Shown: one piece after another, positions 18,065 to 19,387 of the stretch
Position numbering within the stretch: the first letter of the stretch is position 1
Layout: the number at the start of each line of letters is the position of its first letter
NCBI GenBank assembly: GCA_039190745.1
Contig: JBCCXZ010000062.1
Location: forward strand, 1 to 19,387
DNA from: Planctomycetota bacterium
Lineage (GTDB): Bacteria > Planctomycetota > Planctomycetia > Pirellulales > Lacipirellulaceae
Direction of reading: 5' to 3'
DNA length: 19,387 nucleotides
The notes under the pieces: generated by a model
What the model saw: only the letters and a program-made list of their open reading frames with translations
Told to the model about the DNA's origin: nothing
The model's database searches: none
Translations under genes and position numbers: made by a program

Positions 18065-18096
18065 AAACGGTCGGGATTGATCCCCCCCCGTTTTTT
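18065..18096 (+). terminator. Possible intrinsic terminator downstream of the YhaN-like gene
   Basis: AAACGG-tc-GGGA-ttga-TCCC-ccc-CCGTTT followed by further T residues (T6 at 18091-18096); the stem is imperfect. Confidence 0.4.
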
Positions 18097-18206
18097 GCCA
18101 AGCCTCTTCTGTGTCCTTGGCCTCTCATTTATCTTAGTGAAGACCCCCCCCGGCCTACGGTCTGCGCCCTGGCGCCGGGAATCCCTACCGCATCTATGGA
18201 ATCAAG

Positions 18207-18860
18207 ATGATCGATACCGCTGAGCCCTACGACAGTCTGGACGGAGCCTCCGAGGCTGCGACCCCGGAGCAGGGCCCGGGTCAGCCATCCGTACCCCTAG
18301 AAGTAGACCACGCGGCCATCGAGGACGCTGTGCGTACGATCCTAACAGCCGTTGGCGAAGACGTGGACCGCCCAGGACTGGAAGACACTCCCAAACGCGT
18401 CGCGAAGATGTACGCAGAGATGTTCTCCGGTCTTCATCAGAAACCCGAGCGCCATCTCAAGGTGACATTCCCCGAGGCCTACGACGAGTTGGTCTTGGTC
18501 CGCGACATCACGTTCAACAGCATGTGCGAGCACCACCTGCTGCCCTTCTCCGGCGTGGCTCACGTCGCCTACCTGCCGAATGGCCGCGTCACCGGGCTGA
18601 GCAAGCTCGCGCGGGTGGTCGACGAAGTCGCCCGCAGGCCGCAGGTCCAAGAAAGGCTAACCCAGACGGTCGCCGATATGGTGGAAGAACACCTCGAGTC
18701 TGCCGGGGTCGCCGTAGTCGTCGAGGCCGAGCACTCCTGCATGACCATCCGAGGCGTGCGTAAGCCGGGAGCCCTCACGGTCACCAGCGCCCTGCGAGGA
18801 GTGTTCCGCAACGAAATAGCGAGCCGCGCCGAAGTCATGGCGTTGATCAACAAGAAGTAG
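18207..18860 (+). CDS. folE: GTP cyclohydrolase I (type IA)
   Basis: [55 protein letters not shown]. Confidence 0.97.
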   Translation: MIDTAEPYDSLDGASEAATPEQGPGQPSVPLEVDHAAIEDAVRTILTAVGEDVDRPGLEDTPKRVAKMYAEMFSGLHQKPERHLKVTFPEAYDELVLVRDITFNSMCEHHLLPFSGVAHVAYLPNGRVTGLSKLARVVDEVARRPQVQERLTQTVADMVEEHLESAGVAVVVEAEHSCMTIRGVRKPGALTVTSALRGVFRNEIASRAEVMALINKK

Positions 18861-18874
18861 AAAGCCGGTCTCTT

Positions 18875-19348
18875 ATGATTATCCGCAAAGAGTACAAGTT
18901 CTACGCCGCCCATCGAAACGAGCAGTTGCAGACGAAGTGCCGCAACCTCCACGGCCACCGGTACGGCTTGGCTTGCTACTTCGCTGTCGAACGCGCCGGT
19001 GCAATCACAACGCTCTTCGGCGACTTCGACGACGCGATCGAACCGATGCTCAAGTCGCGGTACGACCACGCCCTGTTGATCAACAAGCACGACACGCTGT
19101 ACGAGACGCTGCGAGACCACGCGCGGCGCACCGGAGAAGACCTCCGCATGGTGGAGTTCGAGGCGCCCACCAGCGTAGAGAACCTAGCATTCAAGCTCTT
19201 CCGCGAGATCACCGACCTCGGGTTCCGGCTGGAGAAGCTCGAGGTCCAGGAGACCGACACCTCGATTGTTACTTACTCGAGGGAAGACTGGGTGGCCGAC
19301 AGCCGGGCCTTAGCCGCCGAGCGGGGCGCCGGGTTACTTACCGATTGA
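18875..19348 (+). CDS. queD: 6-carboxytetrahydropterin synthase (QueD/PTPS family)
   Basis: FYAAHR..KCRNLHGHRY (CxxxHGH), YDHALL, PTSVENLA, VQETDTS; starts 14 nt after folE. Confidence 0.9.
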   Translation: MIIRKEYKFYAAHRNEQLQTKCRNLHGHRYGLACYFAVERAGAITTLFGDFDDAIEPMLKSRYDHALLINKHDTLYETLRDHARRTGEDLRMVEFEAPTSVENLAFKLFREITDLGFRLEKLEVQETDTSIVTYSREDWVADSRALAAERGAGLLTD

Positions 19349-19387
19349 CCGAGTGCGGGGCTAGCCTCCAGCCTCGGGCCCGAGCCG

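Noticed and set aside
18196..18210. Mini upstream ORF MESR* overlapping the folE start (ATGA)
   Set aside because: Four codons with no SD of its own; easily explained by chance
1..19387. CRISPR array, IS/integrase, tRNA or rRNA
   Set aside because: No spaced direct repeats, transposase or integrase motifs, or RNA-gene signatures seen; nearly all sequence is explained by housekeeping CDSs

Overview
High-GC (roughly two-thirds G+C), gene-dense housekeeping region. Protein features suggest a Planctomycetota (Pirellulales-like) bacterium; this taxonomy is inferred from family recognition, not from a search. Gene order: comM/yifB (+); UvrD/Rep/PcrA helicase (-); membrane-anchored YfgM/TPR-like protein and RluD-like pseudouridine synthase (+); a minus-strand run of an acidic hypothetical protein, type-2 ileS, purN, a CGPWGCGP membrane protein broken by an in-frame TAG, a class II aldolase and a PIG-L deacetylase; a YhaO/SbcD-like phosphoesterase with a YhaN-like SMC ATPase (+); then folE-queD (+). 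I found no mobile element, CRISPR array, tRNA or rRNA, and I cannot claim a clearly new system. The strongest leads are: (1) ileS appears mosaic, with an approximately 51% GC block covering the editing domain, an in-frame heptamer DNA repeat, and loss of most zinc-ligand cysteines; (2) a membrane-tethered SbcCD-like pair whose nuclease metal-binding motifs are degenerate; (3) a membrane-protein gene split by an amber codon at a probable Trp position; (4) a LexA-like operator overlapping the comM promoter; (5) a structured, poly-C-containing leader in front of folE-queD.
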